From: Acidobacteria bacterium bin61
GTDB lineage: Bacteria; Acidobacteriota; Vicinamibacteria; Marinacidobacterales; SMYC01
Length of the DNA: 64,000 nt
Direction of reading: 5' to 3'
Assembly (NCBI GenBank): GCA_963578475.1
Contig: CAUZCL010000003.1
Span: 27,027 to 91,026, forward strand
The translations under genes and the position numbers were made by a program. The notes under the pieces were generated by a model. It saw nothing but the letters and a program-made list of their open reading frames with translations. It was not told the DNA's origin and searched no databases. Below are positions 41,570 through 52,002 of this stretch, one piece after another; position 1 is the first letter of the stretch; every line of letters begins with the position of its first letter.

Positions 41570-42660
41570 CCGGAGACCCTTTCCACGAACCGCATCAGTT
41601 GTTCGCCGTCGTCGCGCGCGATCCGTTCGTCGAGCACACGATCCTGGGCGGAAAGGACGCGGTCGCGTAGCTCCGGATCCGTCACCAACAGATGCGCGAT
41701 CTCGTCGATCTCGTCGATTTTTTCTCGTGCAACAAAATACCGCCCCCACCAAGCGTCTCACTGACGGCCCCCGTGTCATAGGAGATGACGGGAACACCCA
41801 TCTCGTAGGCTTCGAGCAGGGGGGGCGCAGAACCCTTCGTGCTCGCTCATACACAAGAAGACGTCGGCGACGCGATAATAGGCGACGAGCTCTCTGGTGC
41901 TCACGCGACCGGGGAACTCGACGTTCTTGAGATCGAGCTCGTAGGCGAAACCAACGAGAGATTCGTAGTAGCGCTCGAAGTCGCGCCATTCGCCAACGAA
42001 GATGAGTCGGCACTTCCTATCGATGAAGCGCTGGTAGTATTTGACGACCTTCATGACGTCTTCGAGACGCTTGTTGGGGATGACGGGTCCAACGAAGAGG
42101 AAGTTCGTCAAGTCGTCGCCGAAGAGCGCCTCCACCACCGGGCTCGGGGACGCCGCCAAACGCTCGGGATCGGACAAAAGCGGGAGGACGCCCGTAGGCT
42201 GAAAACCCAGCTCTTCGAGCTCGCTTCGGTTGTACTCGGAAACACCTAAAGCGAGTGCGGTGCGCTCCGCGAACGTCGCAAGCTCCTGCCGTCCGCGCAC
42301 GCATTGTCGGGCAACTTTGGGCGCGAAGTCTGCGAACCAGTGAGCGGGCGTGATGTTGTGGTAGCGAAGCAAGAGCCGGTCGGGAAGCTCTCGCGCGAGC
42401 GAAGCGCTCTTCTAGCCGATTGCAAAATGCAGCAGCAAGACGTTGTCCGGCGATGACACCGACGGGTATTCGGAGAGCTCTCGGCCGCGCCCCGACATCG
42501 CCGAGTCTGTCGACTCGGCAAAGATCTCGGATTCCACGCCGTGGGATCGAAGCACCGACTGGATTCGGAGTGCCTCGTTTCCGATGGCATCACCGAAAGT
42601 CAGTGAGGCCACCATCTGATGAACGAGCATCGAACGACGCCATCTTGTCACCTTTCTCAA
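41570..42660 (-). pseudogene. GT4-family (GT-B fold) glycosyltransferase with two frameshifts, one in a G7/C7 homopolymer
   Basis: N-terminal MVASLTFGDAIGNEALRIQ...LLLHFAIG (42412-42660), then FLFVGPVIPNKRLEDV...ADVFLCMSEHEGFCAP (41776-42372), then C-terminal ...LLEAYEMGVPVISYDTGAV... in a third frame after the run at 41819-41825. Confidence 0.55.
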
Positions 42661-42754
42661 TAAGGTCTACCAACCTCGAGCCCACGCTTGATCTCACCCC
42701 GGGAGCGGCCTACTATGCCGAGGAATTGGAACCCTTAAATAAGGAGTCGCTCAC

Positions 42755-43852
42755 ATGACGAAGCTAGGCATCACGAGTGCTCTCTTGTTCGCGCTCGTAG
42801 CAACATGTTCAGGCATCGCGATGGCCGAACCGGTCCCCGCGGACGGCGGTCCTCAGTTTCAATCTATCGGACCGCTCACGTTTGGCCCGGACGGTATTCT
42901 CTTCGCCGCCGATAACAAAGCAGCAAGGATTTACGCCATCGACCTGGGTGACCACGCGGCCGGCAAGACCGCGGGCGCTGCGGACACCGAAGCCATCGAC
43001 CAGAAGATCGCGAGCATGCTCGGCACGGATGCGCGCGAGCTCACGATCACCGACCTCGCCATCCACCCTGAATCTCGAAACGCCTTTTTATCGGCGCAGC
43101 GGGGCCAGGGAGATAACGCCCAAGCCGTCTTGCTCCGTGTCGACGGTGCCGGCGAGATCTCTGTCATCTCGCTCGCACAGCTGAAATACACCTATGTCGA
43201 GATCCCGAACGCACCCGAGGCCAACCCGACCGCGCGCCGCGATCCTCGCAAGGCGACGATTACGGACATGGCCTATACCAGCGGGCGGGTCTTCATCGCG
43301 GGCCTTTCGAACGAAGAGTTCGCGTCGAAGCTGCGCTCGGTGAAATATCCGTTCGACAGCCTCGACGGCGGCACGAGCGTCGAGATTTACCACGGTGCCC
43401 ACGGCGCATGGGAGACGCGCTCCCCTGTTTACACTTTCGTCCCTTACGAAGTCGACGACGAGCCGCACCTCATCGCCGGCTATCTGTGCACGCCTCTCGT
43501 CAAGTTCCCAATCAGCAAACTCGAGGCTGGCCAAAAGCTCGTCGGCACGACGATTGCGGAGCTAGGCAATCGCAACCGCCCCCTCGACATGGTCGTCTAC
43601 TCGAAGGACGGCAAGGACTTCATCCTGATGTCCAACACGAGCCGCGGCGTCATGAAGATCCCGACCGACGGGTTCGGCTCCCAGGCGGGCATCACCAAGC
43701 CCGTCGACGGCGAGAAAGAGGGTGTCAGCTACGAGACCATCACGGCGATGACGGGCATCGAGCAGCTCGACCTCTTCGATGACAGTCACTCCATCGTTCT
43801 CGCGCGCACCGATTCCGGTTCGCTGAATCTCGAGAAAGTCGCGCTTCCGTAA
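42755..43852 (+). CDS. Secreted protein of unknown function
   Basis: 365 aa; signal peptide MTKLGITSALLFALVATCSGIAMA. No recognisable family motif. Codon usage and periodicity consistent with coding. Confidence 0.6.
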   Translation: MTKLGITSALLFALVATCSGIAMAEPVPADGGPQFQSIGPLTFGPDGILFAADNKAARIYAIDLGDHAAGKTAGAADTEAIDQKIASMLGTDARELTITDLAIHPESRNAFLSAQRGQGDNAQAVLLRVDGAGEISVISLAQLKYTYVEIPNAPEANPTARRDPRKATITDMAYTSGRVFIAGLSNEEFASKLRSVKYPFDSLDGGTSVEIYHGAHGAWETRSPVYTFVPYEVDDEPHLIAGYLCTPLVKFPISKLEAGQKLVGTTIAELGNRNRPLDMVVYSKDGKDFILMSNTSRGVMKIPTDGFGSQAGITKPVDGEKEGVSYETITAMTGIEQLDLFDDSHSIVLARTDSGSLNLEKVALP

Positions 43853-43863
43853 GGAGCTTCGCA

Positions 43864-44931
43864 TTGGAAAGATGGCGGCGTCGCCTCGCGTGCGGCGTCG
43901 CCCTTTTTTTTGCGCCCTGGGCGAGCGCCGGGCAGGCGGAGATTCGAGTCTCTCTCGTCGACGGACAGGTCGAGATCGCGGGCCTTACGATTGAAACGAT
44001 GGAGGCGGGGGCTGCGCGCGTCCGCGTCTCGGTCGGACCCGACGCTCCGGCGATCCTCGGTGAGTATCGCATCGCCGGTGGGCGCCTCTACTTTCAACCC
44101 ATGTTTCCTTTCGATCCGGGGCGTGAATACTTCGTCCGCGTCGACGGTGGGCGCGAGCCTTTCGTCGCCACGGTGGCGCTCCCAGCGCGAGACTTGCAGC
44201 CCACGACAACGGTCACGCACATCTATCCTTCGACCGACACGCTTCCGGAGAACCAGCTCAAGTTCTATATTCACTTCTCGGCGCCGATGGCGGGCGGCGA
44301 CGGCCTTTTGTTCGTCAAGCTTCTAGACGCGAGTGGAGAAGTCGTGGTCGATCCGTTCCTGCCTCTCGGCAACGCCTTTTGGGGTCGCGACCACCGACGC
44401 TATACAGTGTTCTTCGATCCGGGCCGCGTGAAGCGTGGCATCCTACCCAACGAAGAGATAGGTCGGCCAATCCTCGAGGGACCACGCTATGTGCTCGTCG
44501 TCGACCCCGCGTGGCGAGACGCAAAAGGCGTACCGCTCGCGGAGCCCTTCCGCAAAGCGTTCATTGCCGGACCGCCCGACGAGACACCGATCGACCCGAA
44601 GTTGTGGACGCTCACACCGCCGCGAGCCGAAACGCGGGAGCCGCTCGCGGTAGATTTTCCCGAACCCTTGGACCGAGCCGTCCTCGCCCGCGCGCTCGCG
44701 GTGGAGAACGTCGACGGGGAGATCGAGATCTCGCGGGACGAGACGCGCTGGTCGCTCATCCCAGAAAAGCCTTGGCAAGCGGGCACATACCATCTCGTAG
44801 CACTCACGATCCTCGAGGACCTCGCCGGGAATCAAATCGGGCAGCCCTTCGAGGTCGATGTGTTCGCGCGCATTGACAGCCCCGACGACGACACCGAGAC
44901 GCACCGCCTGCCGTTCGTGGTGCGAGACTGA
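43864..44931 (+). CDS. Secreted protein of unknown function (probably co-transcribed with the preceding gene; 11-nt gap)
   Basis: 355 aa; hydrophobic N-terminus LACGVALFFAPWASAG. No family recognised. Confidence 0.55.
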   Translation: MERWRRRLACGVALFFAPWASAGQAEIRVSLVDGQVEIAGLTIETMEAGAARVRVSVGPDAPAILGEYRIAGGRLYFQPMFPFDPGREYFVRVDGGREPFVATVALPARDLQPTTTVTHIYPSTDTLPENQLKFYIHFSAPMAGGDGLLFVKLLDASGEVVVDPFLPLGNAFWGRDHRRYTVFFDPGRVKRGILPNEEIGRPILEGPRYVLVVDPAWRDAKGVPLAEPFRKAFIAGPPDETPIDPKLWTLTPPRAETREPLAVDFPEPLDRAVLARALAVENVDGEIEISRDETRWSLIPEKPWQAGTYHLVALTILEDLAGNQIGQPFEVDVFARIDSPDDDTETHRLPFVVRD

Positions 44932-44933
44932 AT

Positions 44934-45839
44934 CTACTCCGTCTCGATAAGCGCTAAAAGAGCCCAGCCCGTCGTCGAAATGTACTGGGCGTAGCTTATC
45001 TGCCCTGCGGGCCGTGTCGTTTCCGGCCAGCTTCCATCATCGAGCTGATTCTCGAGCAAATAGCGTCGTCCCGCCTGCACTTTGTCCTCATGGCCGCCGA
45101 CACGCGATAAAGCGAGGATCACGAGCGCGGTGTCGAAAGGCTCGGCCGCAGAAGTGACGTAGGGTCCCCATCCTCCCGAGGGCGCGTGTCCGGCCGCGAT
45201 CAGCTCCAGGCACTTCTCGCGCTGGACGATAGCGGCCGCGTCTTCCGCTTCGGCAAGGGCAGCGAGGACCGCGGCGGCCGCGAGCACGGTCTTGACTTCG
45301 ACATCGCGAAAAAAACGATAGGTGCGATCGAGCTCAGCGGAGAACCGTCCTGAGTCCGCAGCCATGAGCACACGCTGGGCGACCGATGTGGCGAGAAAAG
45401 TTCCATAGGTCGCGGGCGAGCCGATGCTGCCGCTCACGTCTAGCTTCCACGAGCCGTCGGGCTTTTGGTCGGACGCCACGAGCACGGCCGCGCGGTCGAG
45501 CGCGCTCTCATCTTCGATGAGGCCCACATCGATAGCATCGAGCAGCGCGCTCGCGAACTGGATCCGCGCGAGCACTTCGTCGCTGAAGGCATCGGCTCCT
45601 TTTTGTTCGGACCATCCCGCGGGGTCCGCAAGCCAATCGACCGTGACGCGCATCGACTCCGGAGGCACCGCGTGCCCCGCACGTCTGGCGGCGAAGAGCG
45701 CCCGCACCGCATCACCATTGTTGTGGCACGAAAAGCATTGGTTCTCCGCGGGCCAAGCCGGCACCTCACGCGACAGAAACGCGATCGCGCGCTCCTCGGC
45801 GGCGCCGAGGGCAAGTAAGAAGAGGAACGAATGAATCAT
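44934..45839 (-). CDS. Prenyltransferase/squalene-oxidase (PFTB-type alpha-alpha toroid) repeat protein with an N-terminal CxxCH motif
   Basis: 301 aa; signal-like MIHSFLFLLALGAA. CFSCHNNGD (CxxCH, c-type haem-binding consensus). Repeated QxxDGSW motifs (DQKPDGSWK, NQLDDGSWPE). Confidence 0.65.
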   Translation of the reverse strand: MIHSFLFLLALGAAEERAIAFLSREVPAWPAENQCFSCHNNGDAVRALFAARRAGHAVPPESMRVTVDWLADPAGWSEQKGADAFSDEVLARIQFASALLDAIDVGLIEDESALDRAAVLVASDQKPDGSWKLDVSGSIGSPATYGTFLATSVAQRVLMAADSGRFSAELDRTYRFFRDVEVKTVLAAAAVLAALAEAEDAAAIVQREKCLELIAAGHAPSGGWGPYVTSAAEPFDTALVILALSRVGGHEDKVQAGRRYLLENQLDDGSWPETTRPAGQISYAQYISTTGWALLALIETE

Positions 45840-45880
45840 CGCGCTAGAATCGGAATGAGCTCCAAGAGAAAACGGTCGAG

Positions 45881-46826
<946 letters not shown>

Positions 46827-46837
<11 letters not shown>

Positions 46838-47765
46838 CCTTGCCTTTGCCTTGCTCGCAGCAACTACGGGTCAGGCGCAAGACTACCCCGCTGCGCGCCG
46901 CGACGTGCGCCACATCATCCCTTGGGGCGCTGGCGGCGCCACCGACACGGCGATGCGCGGGTTCATGCAGTATTTCGAGAAACACCTCGGGACGTCGGTC
47001 GTCACCGAGAATATCCCCGGAGGCTTGAGCGCAGTCGGCCTCCTGCGCCTCAAGATGGCGCGGCCCGACGGCTATACGATCGGCACCTTGACCTATGATG
47101 TGCTGACATTGTCGGCACAGGGACTCGTGCCGATAGCGTGGGAGGACTTCGAGCTCATCGGCATGGTCACGGAGCATCCGAGCGCGCTCATCGTTCGCGC
47201 GGAGCGCTTCCAAACACTCGAAGTTTTTCGTGAAGAGGCTGCCGCTGGGGCGCGGCTCAAAGTCGGGAACGTGGGTACGGGCGGCATTTGGCATCAGCAT
47301 GCCGCGGCGATGGAGAAGGCTCTCGCGATTTCTCTCACGCACATCCCCTACGAGGCCGGCTCGGGCGCACAGCTCACAGCGCTTCTCGGAGGCGAGGTCG
47401 ACGCGGCCGTGGCAAGCTTACCCGCATCCTTACCGTATGTGCATGAAGGCACCTTTCGGGTCCTCGCGGTAATGTCCGAGGAGCGCGACACGCTCGTGCC
47501 CGATGTGCCCACGTTTCGCGAGAAAGGGTTCGATATCACCCATGGAGGCTTTCGTGTGCTCGCGGTTCCGAGGCGCACCCCGGAAGACGTGCGCCGCCAA
47601 CTCGAAGCGGCGCTTCGCGCGGCCTGGAACGACCGCACGTTCCAAGCGTGGGCCAAAAAAGCGGTGATCGGCGCTCGTTTTCGCGACGCGAACGAGACAC
47701 GTGTTTATCTGCGCGACACAGCGGCGAAAGTCGCTGCCCTCATGAAAGTGCTGGAGCTATCATGA
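46827..47765 (+). CDS. tctC: Tripartite tricarboxylate transporter substrate-binding protein (Bug/TctC family)
   Basis: 312 aa; signal peptide. IIPWGAGGATD and the overall Bug-family pattern. Confidence 0.8.
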
Positions 47766-49425
47766 ACGGAAGCGAAGCCATTGTCCGAACGCTCCAGGGC
47801 CTCGGGGTCGAAGTGTTTTTCGGTCTCTGCGGCGACACGACCTTGCCTCTCTACGAGGCTTTGTACGACATCCACCATGGGATGAGGCACGTTCTGACGC
47901 GCGACGAGCGTTCGGCCTCCTTCATGGCCGACGCCTATGCGCGCTTCAGCGGCCGTGTCGGCGTGTGCGAAGGGCCTAGCGGCGGCGGTGCAACCTACAT
48001 ACTGCCTGGCGTTGCGGAAGCGAATGGCTCGTCGGCCCCGCTCGTCTGCCTGACGAGTGACATTGCTCAAGCGGATGTGGGACGGGGCACGCTGACCGAG
48101 CTCGACCAAAACAGTCTCTTCCGGCCGGTCACCAAAGCGACCTACTCGCCGTCATCAGCTGCCGTAGTATCGCGTGTTCTGCACGACGCTTTCCGCACCG
48201 CGACTTCCGGTGCGCTCGGCGCAACGCATGTGAGGCTCCCCTTCGACGTCCAGACCGGTAACGCCGGCTCCGAGCTGCACATTCGCGAGGGCGGTGACCG
48301 CTACCCTGCCTTTCGGATGGATCCCGAGCGCGAGCTCGTCGAGAAAGCCGCGCGCGTGCTTTCGGAGCCGAAGCGCCCACTCATTATTGCCGGCGCGGGT
48401 GTGGTGCGATCGGGCGCATGGGACGAGGTGACGGAGCTCGCCCATCGCCTCGGCGCTCCGGTGGCGACTTCGATTGGCGGCAAAGGCAGCATCGCGGAAA
48501 CGGATCCCTATGCGCTCGGTGTGATCGGAAGCAATGGCGGGCTTCCCTACCGTCATGCGTTCGTTCACAGCGCGGACGTCATCTTCTATGTCGGTTGCAG
48601 CCTGGGGTCGGTGACGACGGAGAAGTGGACGCTCCCGCGAAACGGCGAGCATCGCATCTTGCAGCTCACGTCGATCCCGAGAAGCTCGGTCTCAACTACG
48701 ACACCGAGCTCGGGATCGTCGCTGATGCGAAACGTGGCGTCGCGACCCTTCTCGAAACGCTTGCGCCGTCTACGAAAGTCGATCCGGCCGAGCTCGAGTG
48801 CGAGCGGACGCTTTATCTCGCAAGCGTCGAGGACACGTTTACTTCCGACGCGATGCCCATCCGGCCCGAGCGTTTTCTCACGGAGCTCCTTCCTCGTCTG
48901 CCGGAGACGTCCGTCATCTGCGCGGACCCGGGTACGGGTTGCCCGTAGATGTCCGCGTATTACCGATTGCCTCGAGCGGGTAGGTGGTTCGTCTCGGCGC
49001 GGGCCCACGGGGCGCTCGGTTACGCGCTTCCCGGTGTCGTCGGCGCGTACTTCGCGCGCCCCGACGCGGAGCGCGTCGTCGGGCTCATGGGCGACGGGTC
49101 CTTCGGGATCTCATGTGGCAAGCTCGAGACGATCGTGCGTTTGAATTTGCCCGTAACCCTCGTCGTCTTCAACAATCGAAGCTTTGGCTGGATCAAAGCG
49201 GGCCAGCGCGTGCGTGGCGAGAAGTATTACTCGGTCGACTTCAGCGACTCCAACCACGCCGCGATCGCCGAAGCATTCGGGATACGGGCGCGCCGTGTCG
49301 AGAGGCCTGCCGAGCTCGCGCCCGCCATCGAGGAGAGCCTCGCGAGCGACGGTCCTTATCTGCTCGACATCGTCACGCAGCCGCTTCACGAAGCGAAGGC
49401 GCCAGTGTCGAAGTGGATAGCGTGA
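47762..49425 (+). pseudogene. TPP-dependent enzyme (acetolactate-synthase-like/sulfoacetaldehyde-acetyltransferase-like) with one frameshift (about 48663) and one in-frame TAG (48946-48948)
   Basis: N-terminal Pyr domain MNGSEAIVRTLQGLGVEVFFGLCGD. Middle domain continues in frame 48418-48948 (HVDPEKLGLNYD...), then TAG, then the TPP-binding C-terminal domain (GLMGDGSFG...FNNRSFGW) 48949-49425. The ATG overlaps the tctC stop. Confidence 0.6.
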
Positions 49426-49471
49426 TCCGTATTTCGATGGAGCATTCGGCATTCAGCATTCAGCATTCAGG

Positions 49472-49873
49472 TTGATGCGGGACGGAGTTTCTGGGGCGGG
49501 GCTGGTTCTTCTTTCCGTCTTTTATTTTCTTGCGGCTCGGGGGCTTCCTTCCGGCAGGGGTGAGCCAGGGCCCGTTTTTTTTCCCACGCTTCTCAGCGGC
49601 GTTCTTTTGGTTCTCGGTCTCGTCATTCTTGTTCGGGGGTGGCGTTCGAGTGGCGGTGAGGGCGGGCGGCGATCGTGGTTGGTTATCGGCATCACGGTTC
49701 TTTACGCCGTCGTTTTTTCATCCATCGGGTTTGCGATCGCTACGGTTCTCTATAGTGGCGCAGTCGCGCTCGTGCTGGGGCGGCGGGGGTGGGGCGTCCT
49801 CTTGTTCTCGGCAGCCGCGACAGCTTCCATCTATTTTATCTTTGGTCTTGGGCTCGGGGTGCCGCTTCCTTGA
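49472..49873 (+). CDS. tctB: TctB-family small membrane subunit of the tripartite tricarboxylate transporter
   Basis: 133 aa, 4 predicted TM helices. Position between tctC and tctA. Confidence 0.55.
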   Translation: MMRDGVSGAGLVLLSVFYFLAARGLPSGRGEPGPVFFPTLLSGVLLVLGLVILVRGWRSSGGEGGRRSWLVIGITVLYAVVFSSIGFAIATVLYSGAVALVLGRRGWGVLLFSAAATASIYFIFGLGLGVPLP

Positions 49874-51303
49874 CGCTCGCGGCGCTCGGTTTTCTTACCG
49901 GAGGCGTGGCGCTCGGGCTCGTCGTGGGGGCTATTCCGGGCTTGACCGCGACGCTTGCTATTGCGCTTCTTCTGCCGTTTACGTTCTCGCTCGAGACGGT
50001 CGACGCGCTGCTCGCGCTCACGGGGATCTATGTCGGCGGCATCTATGGCGGCTCGATCACGGCGATCACGGTGCGTATCCCGGGAGCGCCTGCCAATACG
50101 ATGACGCTTCTCGACGGGCATGCCATGGCGCGGGCCGGTCGTACGGAGGAAGCACTTGGGCTCGCGACGTTCAGCTCATTTGTCGGCGGGATCGCTGGAG
50201 GCATCGTCCTGGTTTTGTTTGCGCCGCAGCTCTCGCGTCTCTCGCTCGAGTTTCAATCCCCGGAAGTCTTCTCGCTCGTCGTCTTCGCACTCGTCGCGGT
50301 CGCGGCCGTCAGCACCGGTCCGCTCACGAAAGGTCTGGCGGCAACAACCCTTGGACTCATGCTCTCGACCGTTGGGCTCGACCGGCTCGTCCCGGTGAGC
50401 CGGTTTTCCATGGGAGCTCCGGATCTCTTCGCAGGCATCCCGCTCCTTCCGGTCGTCATCGGACTGTTCGCGCTGAGCGAGCTGTTCTGGCAGGCGGGCG
50501 AAAAGATCACCTCCCTCGAGAAACTCGCGATCGAGTGGCGACGCGTGTTCGATTTCATACCGACCGTGAAGCGCGTAGGGTTCGCGCTCTTCGCGAAGAG
50601 CGCCGTGATTGGCGCTTTCGTGGGTGCGCTCCCCGGTGGTGGGGCAGCCATGAGTGCCTTTCTCGCCTACACCGAAGCGAAGCGGAGCTCACCGAATCCC
50701 GACGCGTTCGGAACCGGCATCCCCGAAGGCATCATCGCGCCCGAGACCGCCAACAACGCGATGACGGGCGGCGCTTTCGTGCCAATGCTGGCCTTTGGCA
50801 TCCCGGGTGACGCGGTTACCGCGGTGATCCTAGGTGGTCTCATCATCCAAGGTCTGACACCCGGCCCAACCCTCTTCCGTGACGCGGGCGACGTGATGAC
50901 GCCTTTTTTCGTCGGCTATTTCCTCGCTTACGTGCTCGTCCTCGTGCTCGGGCTTGCTCTGCTGCCGTGGTTCGCGCGGCTCGCGACCATCGACCGCAAA
51001 TATTTGCTGCCGTTCATCGGTTCGGTGTCACTCGTCGCTGCCTATGCGTCGGAGCGGACAGCGTTCGCTATGGGCCTGACCGTCGCGATTGGCATTTTCG
51101 GCTATACACTGCGACGTTTCGGCTATCCGCTCGTGCCGGTCCTGCTCGGTCTCATACTCGGCCCACTCCTCGAGACAAATTTTCGGCGATCCCTCATGCT
51201 CTCGGAAAACGGCGCGTGGATCTTTGTCTCGTCGCCGCTGAGCGCAGTCTTACTCATTGGCGCAGCAGTGCTCGCGATCTATTTCGCCCGGCAGAACCGC
51301 TAA
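49870..51303 (+). CDS. tctA: TctA-family large permease subunit of the tripartite tricarboxylate transporter
   Basis: TTG start overlapping the tctB stop. Conserved TctA N-terminal region LTATLAIALLLPFTFSLE...GIYVGGIYGGSITAI...GAPANT. Confidence 0.8.
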   Translation: MTLAALGFLTGGVALGLVVGAIPGLTATLAIALLLPFTFSLETVDALLALTGIYVGGIYGGSITAITVRIPGAPANTMTLLDGHAMARAGRTEEALGLATFSSFVGGIAGGIVLVLFAPQLSRLSLEFQSPEVFSLVVFALVAVAAVSTGPLTKGLAATTLGLMLSTVGLDRLVPVSRFSMGAPDLFAGIPLLPVVIGLFALSELFWQAGEKITSLEKLAIEWRRVFDFIPTVKRVGFALFAKSAVIGAFVGALPGGGAAMSAFLAYTEAKRSSPNPDAFGTGIPEGIIAPETANNAMTGGAFVPMLAFGIPGDAVTAVILGGLIIQGLTPGPTLFRDAGDVMTPFFVGYFLAYVLVLVLGLALLPWFARLATIDRKYLLPFIGSVSLVAAYASERTAFAMGLTVAIGIFGYTLRRFGYPLVPVLLGLILGPLLETNFRRSLMLSENGAWIFVSSPLSAVLLIGAAVLAIYFARQNR

Positions 51304-51329
51304 AGCTACTGGCCCTTCGCCGGAGCTGT

Positions 51330-51430
51330 CCCCAGCGCATGGCGCGTGCCCTCACTGGGATGGGCGCTGCAAGCGGTCGAGTCGATGGTAGCACTCGCGC
51401 AAGCCCATGGCCTTACGGGTTATCACCTTG
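51330..51430 (-). pseudogene. Relic duplicate of the 3' end of an S9 peptidase gene
   Basis: About 85% nucleotide identity to 52025-52110 (the last about 30 codons of the intact S9 peptidase at 52003-54069). Encodes ...ECYHRLDRLQR... versus REYYHRLDRLKRQFEW. No upstream gene body. Confidence 0.35.
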
Positions 51431-51773
51431 TTCTGCGGACGGCGCGCCGGCGAGGTTCAATCAGGTGAAGACTAGCGGTTCGATTACCCAGAATCAGCTT
51501 TCATCCGTGCCGCCTTTCGTCTTCTACTAGCAATCTTCGGTGGATAAAATCTGACCCGTAGACACGCTCCGCCTGCAGTAAATTGTGTTGCGGGCATAAA
51601 AATTGAAGCAATCGCTCATCGTTTCTGCGATAGATGGCGAACGGCGCCCCGTGGTCGATGTGCAGTCCGGCCCGCGCAGTACACCTCGTCCCTCCATCGC
51701 GCACGACGCGCGCCCCCCAATTCCGCACAGTGACACGCTTGTAACATCCCCGTCGAATCGATAGATTATCTCG

Positions 51774-52001
51774 ATGCCCCTCACCTCGAGAACGCGCCTC
51801 GGCCCATATGAGATCGTCTCGCTAGTCGGCCAAGCTTTGGTCGAGGCCGAAAAGGATTCCGCCACGGAAAGTCTCGAGATCAAGCTGAAACTACGGGCTG
51901 AGAATCCGAAACAGTTCCTGATCGACATTCGATTCGGACCTATTCATCTTCAGAGCTCTTGGGTCACGGCTGACTTGCAACCGATGGATACCAATAATTA
52001 A
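51774..52001 (+). pseudogene. Possible relic of a Ser/Thr kinase N-terminus
   Basis: 75-aa ORF beginning MPLTSRTRLGPYEIVSLVGQ, the typical first beta-strand preceding a kinase Gly-loop. The Gly-loop itself and the rest are missing. Confidence 0.2.
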
Positions 52002-52002
52002 C

